26,798 nt of DNA from Octopus sinensis (taxonomy: Eukaryota): NCBI RefSeq assembly GCF_006345805.1, contig NW_021834132.1:1-26798 (forward strand). The letters are read 5' to 3'. The notes beneath the pieces are model-generated. The model did not search any database. It was not told the origin of the DNA and saw only the letters and a list, made by a program, of their open reading frames with translations. Each line of letters starts with the position of its first letter. Position 1 is the stretch's first letter. Below are positions 11,971 through 23,970 of the stretch, piece by piece. The position numbers and the translations under genes were made by a program.

Positions 11971-12479
11971 ATAATATCACAATATCCGCTATTATATTTT
12001 AATACTCGCCTCATTGAGTTTCCATTGGATTTTCTACACGTTTAAGGTTTTTAAGCTTCTTCCATAACGCGGATGGTGACATCACCACCACCACACCGCT
12101 ACCACCAACATCGCCACCACGATCATCACTACCACGATTACCGCCACTCTCATCAAAAAGCATCACCAGTACTAAAAATGTCGCCGCCATCACCACCATC
12201 GCGACCACTACCGCCGCAATCACCACCACCACCAACAACAACAACAACAAAAATAACAACATCACCACCGCCTATTGTACATTAGCACCACCATCTCCTA
12301 TAATACATAAACACTTTCCCTAGAGCAGGATGGTTCATGAATGGAAGGCTGTAGATCATAGGTCTGCTTGATCAAGGCTGATCCAGCGCAAAGACAGGGT
12401 ACTCTGTTCTTCAGAGTACTTATTTATAATGTTTCCCCTTTCTCTCTCTCTCTCACTTTGTGTGAGTATGTTGTGTGTG

Positions 12480-13150
12480 TTTTTTTTATTTTGCTTTCTG
12501 AATGTGGAAGATGGGACACTGTCCCCGGCTCTCATAGGCCATCACAGGACATCACGAACTGGTGAGATTGAAGCTATTACGAGCTGGCAGAAACGTTAGC
12601 ACGCCGGGCGAAATGTGTAGCCGTATTTCGTCTGTCGTTACGTTCTGAGTTCAAATTCCGCCGAGGTCGACTTTGCCTTTCATCCTTTCGGGGTCGATAA
12701 ATAAAGTACCAGTTACACACTGGGGTCGATTTAATCTGTTTGTCTATCCTTGTTTGTCCCTCTGTGTTTAACCCCTTGTGGGCAGTAAAGAAATATATTA
12801 ATGTTCCACTTACACCTCTGTAAAATTAACTCCTGTTATTAAGATATGAGATGTGAGGAAATTCCAGAGGTCTTAATTTCTGGGTTTAAGTGAGTAGCGC
12901 GGATAATGGGGGGTCATCGCACAGCAAAGAAGAGATATTTTGATCGGAGATTTCTGAGTGGAGATGGTATGAACTCAGCCAGATCTGAAGAAGAGAGGCC
13001 ATTACAATATCAGTAGAAAAAGTAGAGAGAGGAGAGAGCTTGCTGTGCTTTTGGGCAAGGGGATGTTAAATGCCTGCTAGTGATTCATTGCCAAACAGTC
13101 GGATGTAGCCTACGCTTTCTGGGTGCAGCTTAAGTTATCTTTATTGTAAG
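12480..13150 (-). pseudogene. 3' fragment of a CR1/Jockey-group LINE ORF2 plus 3' UTR, interrupted by a SINE
   Basis: Minus strand translates, with stops and shifts, to PLAQKHSKLSPLYFFY*YCNGLSSSDLAEFIPSPLR...PRN*DLWNFLTSHI...LQRCKWNIN, resembling the LFYRYYNG..SSEL...PRT..LWNSLP C-terminus of these LINEs. Confidence 0.7.
12580..12795 (+). mobile_element. SINE family B with 5-bp TSD TATTA
   Basis: GAGCTGGCAGAA head, B box GAGTTCAAATTCC, central GCCTTTCATCCTTTCGGGGTCGAT; TATTA at 12575-12579 and 12796-12800. Confidence 0.92.
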
Positions 13151-13549
13151 CTTGTAATTTCTGAAGTAGAGACAATGATATATGCTTCAAATTTTATTGA
13201 ATTCATTTATCTTCATTTATTCTTCTGATATGATAACCTTAAGAAGGAAATAAAGCTTGCATTTTCACTTTATGGCCGTCTCTCAAACTAAAACAACTTC
13301 GGTGTTTAGTGTAAAATTAAAGAATAAAGAGTTAAAATAAAAGCAAAATAGAAAATATTCTCTATAAATACATAATAAAAAACAAAAAAATGAAAATAAC
13401 GGAGGGAATTTTTTTTTTAATCGATTAGTCTATAGTTCGTTTACCTCCATGTCTGAGATATAGTCACGTGACAGACAAAGTGACTCCATTTGTGAAAAGT
13501 GTCATTTTAGTTAATGTCTAAATCCACGCCTCTCTGGAGCAGGCGGCAT

Positions 13550-13663
13550 GACACACACACACGCACACACACATTCACATACACGCACACACACACACAC
13601 ACACATACACACACATACGCACACGCACATACACACACACACACACACACGCACACACACACA

Positions 13664-13708
<45 letters not shown>
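13550..13708. repeat. (CA)n microsatellite
   Basis: Direct inspection. Confidence 0.95.
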
Positions 13709-13710
<2 letters not shown>

Positions 13711-13924
13711 GAAAATCTAGTATTAACAGATTCTTCTGCAGAAATAAAGTTCAGCCGACATTTTTACCCAACCCATCACTTCAGGACACACCACAGCCTT
13801 TACGAATAACAAAAAAATGGTTAAATGGGTAAATGAAGAGGGTAAAAATCAGCGAAATACAAAAATTATAAAACCCCCATAGATTCTAACGTATTCTTTC
13901 TCCTCCTCCTACTTTCTTTCTTTG

Positions 13925-14070
13925 TCTTGTTGTTGTTGTTGTTGTTGTTGTTGTTCTTCTTCTTCTTCTTCTTCTTCTCTTCTTCTTCTCTTCTTCTTCT
14001 TCTTCTTCTTCTTGTCCGATGTAATGTCACCTTCGACGAAGGTCTCTGTGGTAAATGATAGAAAACCCTA

Positions 14071-14109
<39 letters not shown>

Positions 14110-14160
14110 TATTATATTATATCATCATCATCATCATCATCATCATTATTATTATTATTA

Positions 14161-14194
<34 letters not shown>

Positions 14195-14365
14195 CTATCA
14201 TAATCATATCATTTTATTATTATATTATTATCATCATCATTCATTATTATTATTTTTATTATTATTATTATTTTTATTATTATTTTATATTATTATTATT
14301 ATCCAATCATTATCATATTATATTATTATTATTATTATATTATTATTTTTATTATTATTATTATT
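13925..14365. repeat. (TTG)n(CTT)n and long degenerate (ATT)n/(CAT)n tract
   Basis: Direct inspection. Confidence 0.9.
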
Positions 14366-14897
14366 GAGTGAGAGAGCAGTCATGCCATCAAAGTGACACT
14401 GGGTAAAATATATGAAGCCCAATATACCCATCATGACTACCCGTCTCATACACTAGGCACATGTATCACATATGTGCGCGACATGGTGATCTCATGTCAA
14501 GATAAACAGCACATGACCTTGCAGGTGGGGCCCAGTTAGAATTTTCTTCAGATCGAGTAACCCATCCCGCTCAAAAGGTCCCTGAATAAGGATTGTTTAA
14601 GGATGTTGAAAGAACCACCCATGTTTCCAGAGGTGAATTATTTAAACCCCAAAGAATCCCTCTCAACACATGGCTATGATGCTCCCCCACTACTTCTGCT
14701 CGTGATCCAGAGATGCACATATCGTCAGCCACTAAGGGACATGCTAAACTGGTTAAGGTCAAACAACTGACAAGCAAATCTGTGGTATTGAGCAGAATAT
14801 TTGCTGTAGCCCATCTTTTATACCAAGACAAAACAATGTACATGATAACACTTCCAATCAGTTAAGATCAGGAGCCACGAGAGCCACTGCCTGGGTA
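14366..14897 (-). mobile_element. ~530-bp non-coding interspersed element embedded in (ATT)n
   Basis: Sharp-edged complex-sequence block with (ATT)n on both sides once the SINE at 14905 is removed; no convincing ORF; strand inferred by treating the left (AAT)n as the tail. Confidence 0.5.
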
Positions 14898-14904
14898 TTT
14901 ATTA

Positions 14905-15135
14905 AGGCGGTGAGCTGGCTGAACCGTTAGCACGCCTTGCGAAATGCGTAGCCGTATTTCGTCTGCCGTTACATTCTGAGTTCAAATTCCGCCGAGGTCG
15001 ACTTTCCCTTTCATCCTTTCGGGGTCGATTAAATATGTACCAGTTACGCACTGGGGTCGATATAATCGACTTAAACTGTTTGTCTGTCCTTGTTCGTCCT
15101 CTCTGTGTTTAGCCTTTTGTGGGTAGTAAAGAAAA
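14905..15135 (+). mobile_element. SINE family B, full-length, 12-bp TSD
   Basis: GGGTATTTATTA at 14893-14904 and 15136-15147. Confidence 0.93.
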
Positions 15136-15161
15136 GGGTATTTATTATTATTATATTATTA

Positions 15162-15210
<49 letters not shown>

Positions 15211-15212
15211 GA

Positions 15213-15433
15213 AGGCGGTGAGCCTGGCAGAATTGTTAAGCACGCGGAACGAAATGCTTAGCGGTATTTCGTCTGTCTCTACGTTCTGAGTTCAAATTCC
15301 ACCGAGGTCGTCTTTGCCGTTCATCCTTTCGGGGTCGATAGATTAAGTACCAGTTGTGTACTGTGGTCGATCTAATCGACTGGCTTCCTTCCCCAAAATT
15401 TCCTGCCTTGCGCCTAGAGTAGAAAAGAGTATT
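15213..15433 (+). mobile_element. SINE family B variant with an alternative 3' tail
   Basis: Same head and centre as other B copies up to TAATCGACT, then CCCCAAAATTTCCTGCCTTGCGCCTAGAGTAGAAAAG. Confidence 0.88.
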
Positions 15434-15798
15434 AATTACTTCCGATTGTTGTGTCTCTCTTCTCTTTTCGTTTTGATTTTGTCTTCTGTGTTTGTTTCGT
15501 CAGACTGGCTCTTGTACAGGTATAAAATTCGGCTGTAGGATTTTTTCCGTGAGCGTTATATGCATGGTATTGTGATTTCCCATCCGACCGTGAATTTATG
15601 AAATACGCACTTCTTTTTCTTTTTGCTTGATTCTTCTTACACCTTCCTCTCTGTAAACAGAGATAAATGACACAGATTCTACCAATTCGTAAGGTTTGTC
15701 TATTAAGGAATGTTAAATTTTTTAAATAGCCCCCAAAACACAGATACATATATACATACATGCATACATAAACACACACACATCTATGTCTATATCAA

Positions 15799-15845
<47 letters not shown>

Positions 15846-16000
15846 ATCTATCTATCTATCTATCTATCTGTCTGTCTGTCTGTCTCTCTGTCTGTGTGTC
15901 TGTGTGTCTGTCTGTCTGTCTGTCTATCTGTCTGTCTGTCTGTATGTATGTATGTATGTATGTATGTATGTATATATGTATGTATATATGTATGTATGTA

Positions 16001-16309
16001 TCAGGTCATCCCATAAGTTCTGTTTGAATTTTGAATAAAGAAAACAAGTGATCAAATGTTCTTTTTAATTGAAATTTAATCATCAATGTACTTTCCCTGA
16101 TTATCTATGACTTCCTTCCATCTATTTACAAGCTTTTTAATCCCGTCACTGTAAAACTCTTTTGGTTTCAAAGCGAAGAACTCTGAAATGTCAGTTTCGA
16201 CCTCTTCCTGGCTTGAAAAAGTTATGTACCCCAAATGATTCTGTAAACTACGAAACAAATGGTAGTCTGAAGGAGCAAGGTCGAGAACATAAGGTAGATG
16301 AGGAATTTT
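16001..16309 (-). pseudogene. Mariner transposon 3' fragment (transposase C-terminus and putative TIR)
   Basis: 16309->16076 reads KIPHLPYVLDLAPSDYHLFRSLQNHL...FYSDGIKKLVNRWKEVIDNQGKYIDD*, matching the mariner YSPDLAPSDY motif; end TA|TCAGGTCATCCCATAAGTTC at 16001. Confidence 0.9.
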
Positions 16310-16310
16310 T

Positions 16311-16745
16311 GTATGTATGTATGTATGTATGTATGTATTTATGTATTTATGTATGTTTGTATGTATTATGTATGTATGTATGTATGTATGTATGTATGTA
16401 TGTATGTATGTATGTTTGTATGTATTATGTATGTATGTATGTATGTATGTATTTATTTATGTATGTTTGTATGTATGTATGTATGTATTTATTTATGTAT
16501 GTTTGTATGTTTGTATGTATGTATGTATGTTTGTATGTATGTATGTATGTATGTATGTATGTATGTATGTATGTATGTATGTTTGTATGTATGTATGTAT
16601 GTATGTTTGTATGTATGTATGTATGTTTGTATGCATGTATGTATGTATGTATGTATGTTTGTATGTGTGTATATATGTTTGTATGTATGTATGTATGTTT
16701 GTATGTTTGTATGTATGTATGTATGTATGTATGTATGTATGTATG

Positions 16746-16776
<31 letters not shown>

Positions 16777-16777
16777 G

Positions 16778-16808
<31 letters not shown>

Positions 16809-16915
16809 GTATGTATGTATGTATATTTGTATGTATGTATGTATGTTTGTATGTATGTATGTATGTATGTTTGTATGCATGTATGTATGTATGTATGTAT
16901 GTATGTTTGTATGTG
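16311..16915. repeat. ~600-bp (TATG)n array with TTTG/TTTA variants
   Basis: Direct inspection. Confidence 0.97.
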
Positions 16916-17295
16916 TGTATATATGTATAGATAAATATATAGACAGATATAAAGGAAGAAAGAGAGAGGGGGAAGGAGACAAAGAGAGACATGGACACGG
17001 AAAACCAGAAGGGACAGAGTGAGTGAGAGGGAAAGATGTCCTCTTCCATAGATGATGGTCGTATTCTGAAACACAGAAGGAGCAGAGAGCTGGTATCTGA
17101 ATCGAGAATCGAGTAGGGGTCACCTGCACCTATCATACAGGGATGTGTAAAAGTGTGACATCAAAGCGACTGGCATCAACCCTGACACGTGAGAAGCAGC
17201 AGCCACAGAGAGCAGCACTCAAATCTAACTGCATGTGACACACGGATTAAGCTGTATGTATCTCTCCTTCTCTGTCTGTCTGTCAGTCTCTCTCA

Positions 17296-17573
17296 ATATA
17301 TATATATATGCAGACACACACAAATATAAATATATATGAATACACATACACATGTAAATATATATGTAATTGTATGTGTGTGTACATACATATATATATA
17401 AACCCACACTATGTATATATGCATATATACATAGATATACATACATATATATATATGTATGTATGTATGAATGTATGTATATATATATATACATGCATAT
17501 GTTATGCACATATATATATATATATATATATTATATATGTACCACACACATATATCTATATATATATGCATGT

Positions 17574-17607
<34 letters not shown>

Positions 17608-17672
17608 ATTACACACACATATCTATATATATGCATATATATTATATATGTATATGTATATCAATATATATA

Positions 17673-17770
<98 letters not shown>

Positions 17771-17776
17771 ATATAT
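17296..17776. repeat. Degenerate and pure (TA)n tract
   Basis: Direct inspection. Confidence 0.9.
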
Positions 17777-18491
17777 CAGAGACGACTCCAAGTCATCAGC
17801 ATCAACCGGGCTCATCACAAATATTGCATAAGACACATACCTGCTCCAAGAATCTCACTTTTTTCTAACCCAAAATGGCTTAATTTTTTTTATATCTAGC
17901 ATTATGTCTTTCTCCATTTCTAAGTGTCAAAATAAAGCAACCCTGCAAAACACAACTGATCTTTACACACAGACGCACAGAATAACAGCAATCAAATAAC
18001 GACGGCGGAGTGCAGAACAAGCCTCATCGATCTGCTGTCGCCTGTACTCTTGACTAGAGATGCCACAATTAGTCTTTTACACCTACCAGGCTCGTTAGTA
18101 TTAGCTTGAGTTGCTGGATAACTTTTCCTTCCTTTAAGAATATTATAGAACGGAAACTTTTCATAGATTGGAATCTAAATCCTAATCTCTATAGAAATCT
18201 GTTTCAAGATTATAGATAACAACACGGGCTGTAATTTCTGAAACCGAGTCAGTCGCGTGTGAATGATGTCGAGAGAACGTCTGCTACCAATGATATTTTT
18301 TGACACAGGGCATCACTAAGACAACTGCCAGATGCTGAATGAAAATGAATGAACTGCAACCAGGGTCACTAAAAGGAGCCCGAGATGTAAGCTGCAATTA
18401 CATACTTGAAGTCAGTGTTGGCAGAAATTAAATCAGTATGCAAATACACGTTCCCTTTACTAAATTTATGCTCGGGCTAATCTTGAACAGC

Positions 18492-18668
18492 TTTAGGTAT
18501 CCACAAAGTTTTCGTATCCACTCATAGGGCTTTGATCGGACCGGGGGTAGAGCAGAAGACATTTGTTCAAGATGCAAACCAGTGGGACTGAACCTGGAAG
18601 TGCTTGAAATACGGACTAGAAAAACAGCTGGCAACTTATGAAGGGTCGTTCCTTATGTTGATTGTCTT
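18492..18668. repeat. 177-bp inverted repeat, left copy
   Basis: Reverse complement of 22345-22521 with 4 mismatches by manual alignment; contains a decayed family-A SINE head fragment joined to other sequence. Confidence 0.95.
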
Positions 18669-18875
18669 GTTTTCCCTTTGTTTCTTTCGTTGCTTGCAAA
18701 AAAAGAAGTCCTTATTCCATGTCCTCGTACTTCGTATTTTTTGTTGTTTGTTTTGTGACGTCCTGTCCCACTATGCATATGTATTTACGTATTAATGTAA
18801 GTATGTACGTATACGTATGTAATATATTATATATATATATATATATATATTTTATTTATATTATTACTTACATAT

Positions 18876-18930
<55 letters not shown>

Positions 18931-18977
18931 CATATATATATATTAGAGAAGGTTTGGAGATGATGTACACGTGTTAT

Positions 18978-19229
18978 ATATTAGAAGAAATAAGGTACTC
19001 AGAAATCTAGATGGTTTTATATTTACAGATATTTATTAATATGTCACATGTTTTATAAATCATATAATAGCGCTTGCTTCCACTCTAGTGGGTCTTCAGA
19101 TTGGAATCTGAAAATTCCACAAATTGGACGCAAGTGCTAATTATTTTATTTATAAAGACATGTGACATTAGTAAATATCTGTAAATATATACCCAGCCAG
19201 ATTTCTGAGTACCTATTTTTTCTATTATA
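18978..19229. repeat. ~250-bp imperfect palindrome centred at 19103/19104
   Basis: AGGTACTCAGAAATCT/AGATTTCTGAGTACCT, TATTTACAGATATTTA/TAAATATCTGTAAATA, ATGTCACATGT/ACATGTGACAT, TTCAGATT-gg-AATCTGAA. Confidence 0.9.
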
Positions 19230-19239
19230 TATATATAAT

Positions 19240-19296
<57 letters not shown>

Positions 19297-20114
19297 GATA
19301 TGTTTCCTGGTTCGATATTTCTGCTCTGTACGTTGGGCAATTATTATTTTTCTTCTATAACCATGCCAGCGACAACCCATTCCTTTTATCTGATATTAGG
19401 AATAAACGAATTGTGTGAAAGTCTACTGAGTGGGTTGTTAATTCCTTGGCTGGAAGAATTTACCCGTCACCTAATTCAACACCGTCCCCTATTCAGATAA
19501 AGTCCACATTGTTTCAAACGCACCGATTGAAATCTCTGGTGTATGGTTTTAACAAAGGGGCCCCGGTGTTTTCCTATGTTTCTTCCATGTGTCTAAGGGA
19601 CCCTAATGCAAAATTTAGTGGGATGAGTGGGATGGCCACAGCTACTCTGACTAACACATAAAACAATGCAGAGACGCGCACAATGTATGAATAATGTGTA
19701 AATACGCGAATAAGTGTTGGCGTGTATTTGTAAGTTAGTTGTTGACATGTGAATAAAATATGCTGTATTAACACATGTTTACAGAAATACATTCGGAATA
19801 ATGGCGGTGATTATCTCACAAAAGATTTTGCATTTAATAATCTGCCTCTACCAAGGTACTAGGCTTCTTCACTCCACCCTCTTTCACATCTTCCTCTCTC
19901 TCTCTCTCTTCTTATATTTATGTATATGTGTATGTGTGTGTATCGATATGAATATAGATACATAGCTAGATAGATAGGTAAGCATATATATACAGTATAT
20001 ATATATATATATATAACTTTATGTATTTATTATATAATACGTATATGTGTGTGTGTATATGCTTACCCAGCTATTTTTCCATTTGCAATAAACTACACAA
20101 ATGTTTATTGTATG

Positions 20115-20155
<41 letters not shown>

Positions 20156-20247
20156 CATATATGTATGAATGTATATATGTAATATATGTATATATCTATA
20201 TCTATATCTATATCTATCTATCTATATATATATAATAATAATATATA

Positions 20248-20279
<32 letters not shown>

Positions 20280-20381
20280 GTGTGTGGTGTGTGTGTGTGT
20301 GTGTGTGTATGTTATATATGTATATATATATATAATGTATATATATGTATATTATATATGTATATATTCTGTATATATATG

Positions 20382-20455
<74 letters not shown>

Positions 20456-20989
20456 TATACATGAGTGTGCATGTATGTATGTATATAGCGATGTCACTCG
20501 TCCCGTTTATTCTAATGCCAGATAAATTGGGAATCATATATATTTCATGTGGACATTGATCTCTGGACATCTGGTCAACAATGGATATTAAAGTGTAAAT
20601 AAGAGGGAGCGCGGTTAATGGAGAGGGGCACATGGAGGGAGACGGAGAATGGTGGGGGATGGAGAACGGGAAGGCGTGAAGGGGAGAGATGTGGTTCAGA
20701 GTGGAAGCAAGAGAGGAAGAGGTACCGAGTAAATAGACATTGATAGAGAGGATAGGGACAGATTATTGAGAAAAAAGGAGAGAGAAGCAGTCATATATGT
20801 ATAGATAGCGGCTGAGGTATATGTTTGTATGTGTGTGTATGTGCGTGTATGTGTATCTATAGGACAGGATAGGCTAAACTATCCTATACTATCCTATTCT
20901 ATGTATGTATGTATCTAAATATGTATGTCTGTATGTATGCATGTATGCATGTATCTATCTATCTGTTTATTTACCTATCTGTTTGTATA

Positions 20990-20996
20990 TCCATCC

Positions 20997-21069
<73 letters not shown>

Positions 21070-21160
21070 CCTATCTACCTATCTACCTATCTATCTATCT
21101 ATCTATCTATCTATCTCTATCTATTTATCTATCTATCTATCTATCTCTATCTCTCTATAT
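20990..21160. repeat. (TATC)n microsatellite
   Basis: Direct inspection. Confidence 0.95.
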
Positions 21161-21163
21161 ATA

Positions 21164-21400
21164 TACTCTTTTACTCTTTTACTTGATTCAGTCATTTGAT
21201 TGTGGCCATGCTGGAGCACCGCCTTTAGTCGAGCAAATCGACCCCAGGACTTATTCTTTGAAAGCCTAGTACTTATTCTATCTTTTTCTTTTGCCGAACG
21301 GCTAAGTTACAGGGCGTAAACACACCACCATCGGTTGTCAAGCGATGTTGGTGGTGGGGACAAACACAGACACACAAACATAACACAACACACATACATA

Positions 21401-21446
<46 letters not shown>

Positions 21447-21607
21447 GACGGGCTTCTTTCAGTTCCGTCTACCAAATCCACTCACAAGGCTTTGGTCGGC
21501 CCGAGACTATAACAGAAGACACCTGTCCAAAGTGCCACGCAGTGAGATTGAACCAAGAACCATGTGGTTGGCAAGCAAGCTACTTACCGCATAGCCAAAC
21601 CTTCGCC
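21164..21607 (-). mobile_element. SINE family A, full-length, more diverged
   Basis: Reverse complement aligns with the family-A head, internal microsatellite and GAGTAAAA tail. Confidence 0.93.
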
Positions 21608-21630
21608 TGTATGTATACACTTTTACACTA

Positions 21631-21806
21631 CAGTTATCCCTCGCCATATTGCGGTGTAGTTTCGCATTAATAATAAAATTAATATATACAAATTATAAAA
21701 AATAATAAAAAACAAGATATACAATACAGTACTTCCTACTTCGCGGATTCTCACCTATCGCACGGGGTTTTGGAACGTTACACCCGCAATAGTCGAGGAG
21801 TTACTG
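21631..21806. mobile_element. Tigger/pogo-like MITE
   Basis: TA|CAGTTATCCCTCG ... CGAGGAGTTACTG|TA; internal TCACCTATCGC is the reverse complement of GCGATAGGTGA in the 1642 element. Confidence 0.75.
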
Positions 21807-22253
21807 TATATCCTTTTTGTCAGTTTAAACCACGGGCTGTCACATTATAGTATGCTTTCAATCTTCTGGCTTTTATCCTCTTCATCTTCACCTTATATCT
21901 TTCACACCAAATAATTTTTTCACTTGGTTATTCTCTTCTCTACTATTTCACTTCATCTCTCTGTCTCTCTCTTTTCTCCTCTCTTCTCTTCTCTTTTTTC
22001 TTTCGTCTCTCTTTCTCCCTCCTGCCGCATCTCTTTGTATTCCTGAAGAAGGATTCGTGTTCAAAATATCAAGACACCTCTTACTCATTTCAAGCTTTAA
22101 ACTAATAATGCATTTTTTTTGCTTTTAGTCGTACTTTCCTTTTTCTTAGTTGTATTTAAACCATTTATTTCATTCCCACGCAAAACACACACACACACAC
22201 TCACGCGCGCGCACATACACACACGCGCACACATAATACATATATCTATAAAT

Positions 22254-22304
<51 letters not shown>

Positions 22305-22344
22305 AATATACACACAGATAAATAAAAATAATCATATCTTACTT

Positions 22345-22521
22345 AAGACAATCAACATAAGGAACGACCCTTCATAATCTGCCAGCTGTTTTTCTAGTCC
22401 GTATTTCAAGCACTTCCAGGTTCAGTCCCACTGGTTTGCATCTTGAACAAATGTCTTCTGCTCTACGCCCGGTCCGACCAAAGCCCTATGAGTGGATACG
22501 AAAACTTTGTGGATACCTAAA
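22345..22521. repeat. 177-bp inverted repeat, right copy
   Basis: Reverse complement of 18492-18668. Confidence 0.95.
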
Positions 22522-22786
22522 CGCCAAGATGAGATATCATAATGCTATCAGTAGTCCATGTTTATTTTTATCATTTTTTGTTTATGTGGTTTTGTTTTTT
22601 TACTTACCATAATCATCCCAAGCCTTTTCAGTGAAGAATACACCTTTTTTTCCCAATGTATCTGGGATAGAGATCTATGTCAACTTTTCTTTCATGCCTT
22701 ACCTGAAGTTGGTTAGCTGTTCTAATAACCATTTTATTTACATACTCACAAAATTCAGTGACATAGCTGCTGAGCAGTTCTTTTCT

Positions 22787-22978
22787 TATTTCCTTATTGC
22801 TCACAAGGCGCTAAACATAGAGGGGACAAACAAGGACAGACAAAGGGATTAAGTCGATTACATCGACCCCAGTTCGTAACTGGTATTTTATTTATCGACC
22901 TCGAAAGGATGAAAGGCAAAGTCGACACCGGCGGAATTTGAACTCAGAACGTAACGGCGAACGAAATACCGCTAAGCA
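22787..22978 (-). mobile_element. SINE family B, 5'-truncated, with TSD
   Basis: GTTCTTTTCT at 22777-22786 and 22979-22988. Confidence 0.92.
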
Positions 22979-23371
22979 GTTCTTTTCTGTTAGGGATATT
23001 GTTCCGCTTTTACAGTTCAGGTTCCGTATGTTGTTAGTATTTGATATTGCTGTTCTTGCGCGCGAAATATAATCTGTCTGTAGCCTTAAGAAACATAACA
23101 TTTCTAATTAACCATCAACAAGGTCATGCATTCATATCGTTAAGTGTTTCTAGTAACTAATTCAGTAAGCCAAACAAAAGAGTCAGTTGAAACACTGCCG
23201 AGGTGTTGTGATCGATTGACTATATAATCTCAAGGTGGCCAGATTTTCTTCACTCTCATGAAATGTTTACTTGTAACATTCTACGTATGAATGAGTCTGA
23301 CAGACCTGATCAAATTACTTTGTTTTTGCACTTGGCCAAGCTATATTACCTAACCGTTAAGATTTCTGAAA

Positions 23372-23409
23372 GCAGCGAGGTGGCAGAATCGTTATCGTAC
23401 CAGGGAAAT
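23372..23409 (+). mobile_element. Family-B SINE 5' stub
   Basis: GCAGCGAGGTGGCAGAATCGTTA resembles GGCGGTGAGCTGGCAGAAACGTTA. Confidence 0.55.
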
Positions 23410-23417
23410 ATATATAT

Positions 23418-23802
23418 ACTAAGCAGTATCGCCCGGCGTTGCTCGGTTTGTAAGGGAAATAACTATAAGCAATTTTAGAGAGTTATAGCCAAAAATAGCA
23501 AAAAAATGGAAAAAAATATGTAAATTTTTTTTTGAGATTTAAAAAAGGTGGTGGTGCGTCCCCTAGACATTTTGTGGTATGTGTTTTCTGATTCTCGACC
23601 CCATGTCGAATTTATCGATTTTTTTTCAGAACTGGGGGAACTTTTCAAAATTTTCGCTGCGTTAGTTTTTGAATTATGACATTGGGCTATGTGTGTGGTC
23701 AAGTTTCATCAGAATCGGTTGAAAGCCGTGGTCAGGGTGGGTACAAGCAAACAGACACACAGAAACACGCACAGACAAACTGCCGTTTATATAGAGAGAG
23801 AT
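23418..23802 (+). mobile_element. Non-autonomous Helitron/Helentron-like element
   Basis: Starts ACTAAGCAG..CCCGGCGTTGCTCGG; contains AAGTTTCATCAGAATCGG; ends with CAGA/CACA-rich segment and TTTATATAGAGAGAGAT, an organisation I associate with Lep1/DINE-1-like elements. Confidence 0.55.
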
Positions 23803-23970
23803 ATCATACTAGATATTATACATATCATACTAGAGTGTACTTACCAAAATCAAAAGCAGTAAATTTTAATTTTTAATTTATAGTTCAAACAAACACCATT
23901 TTGTAGTATTACTTCAAATTAAAAAAAAAAAAAACTACCATTCGATACATTATACAAAATTCAAATTTTA

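Noticed and set aside
12399-12419. Perfect 8-bp hairpin GTACTCTG-ttctt-CAGAGTAC
   Set aside because: Short, isolated and plausible by chance; bacterial terminator logic does not apply.
17041-17115. Possible splice acceptor CTCTTCCATAG followed by an exon
   Set aside because: Downstream frames stop quickly and no recognisable protein results.
16162-17136. Several ~200-aa MYVC/HTYI ORFs
   Set aside because: Translations of (TATG)n.
19300-19690. Possible transposase or RT remnant inside the 177-bp inverted repeats
   Set aside because: No recognisable motif in the frames I translated; a BLASTx search would be needed.
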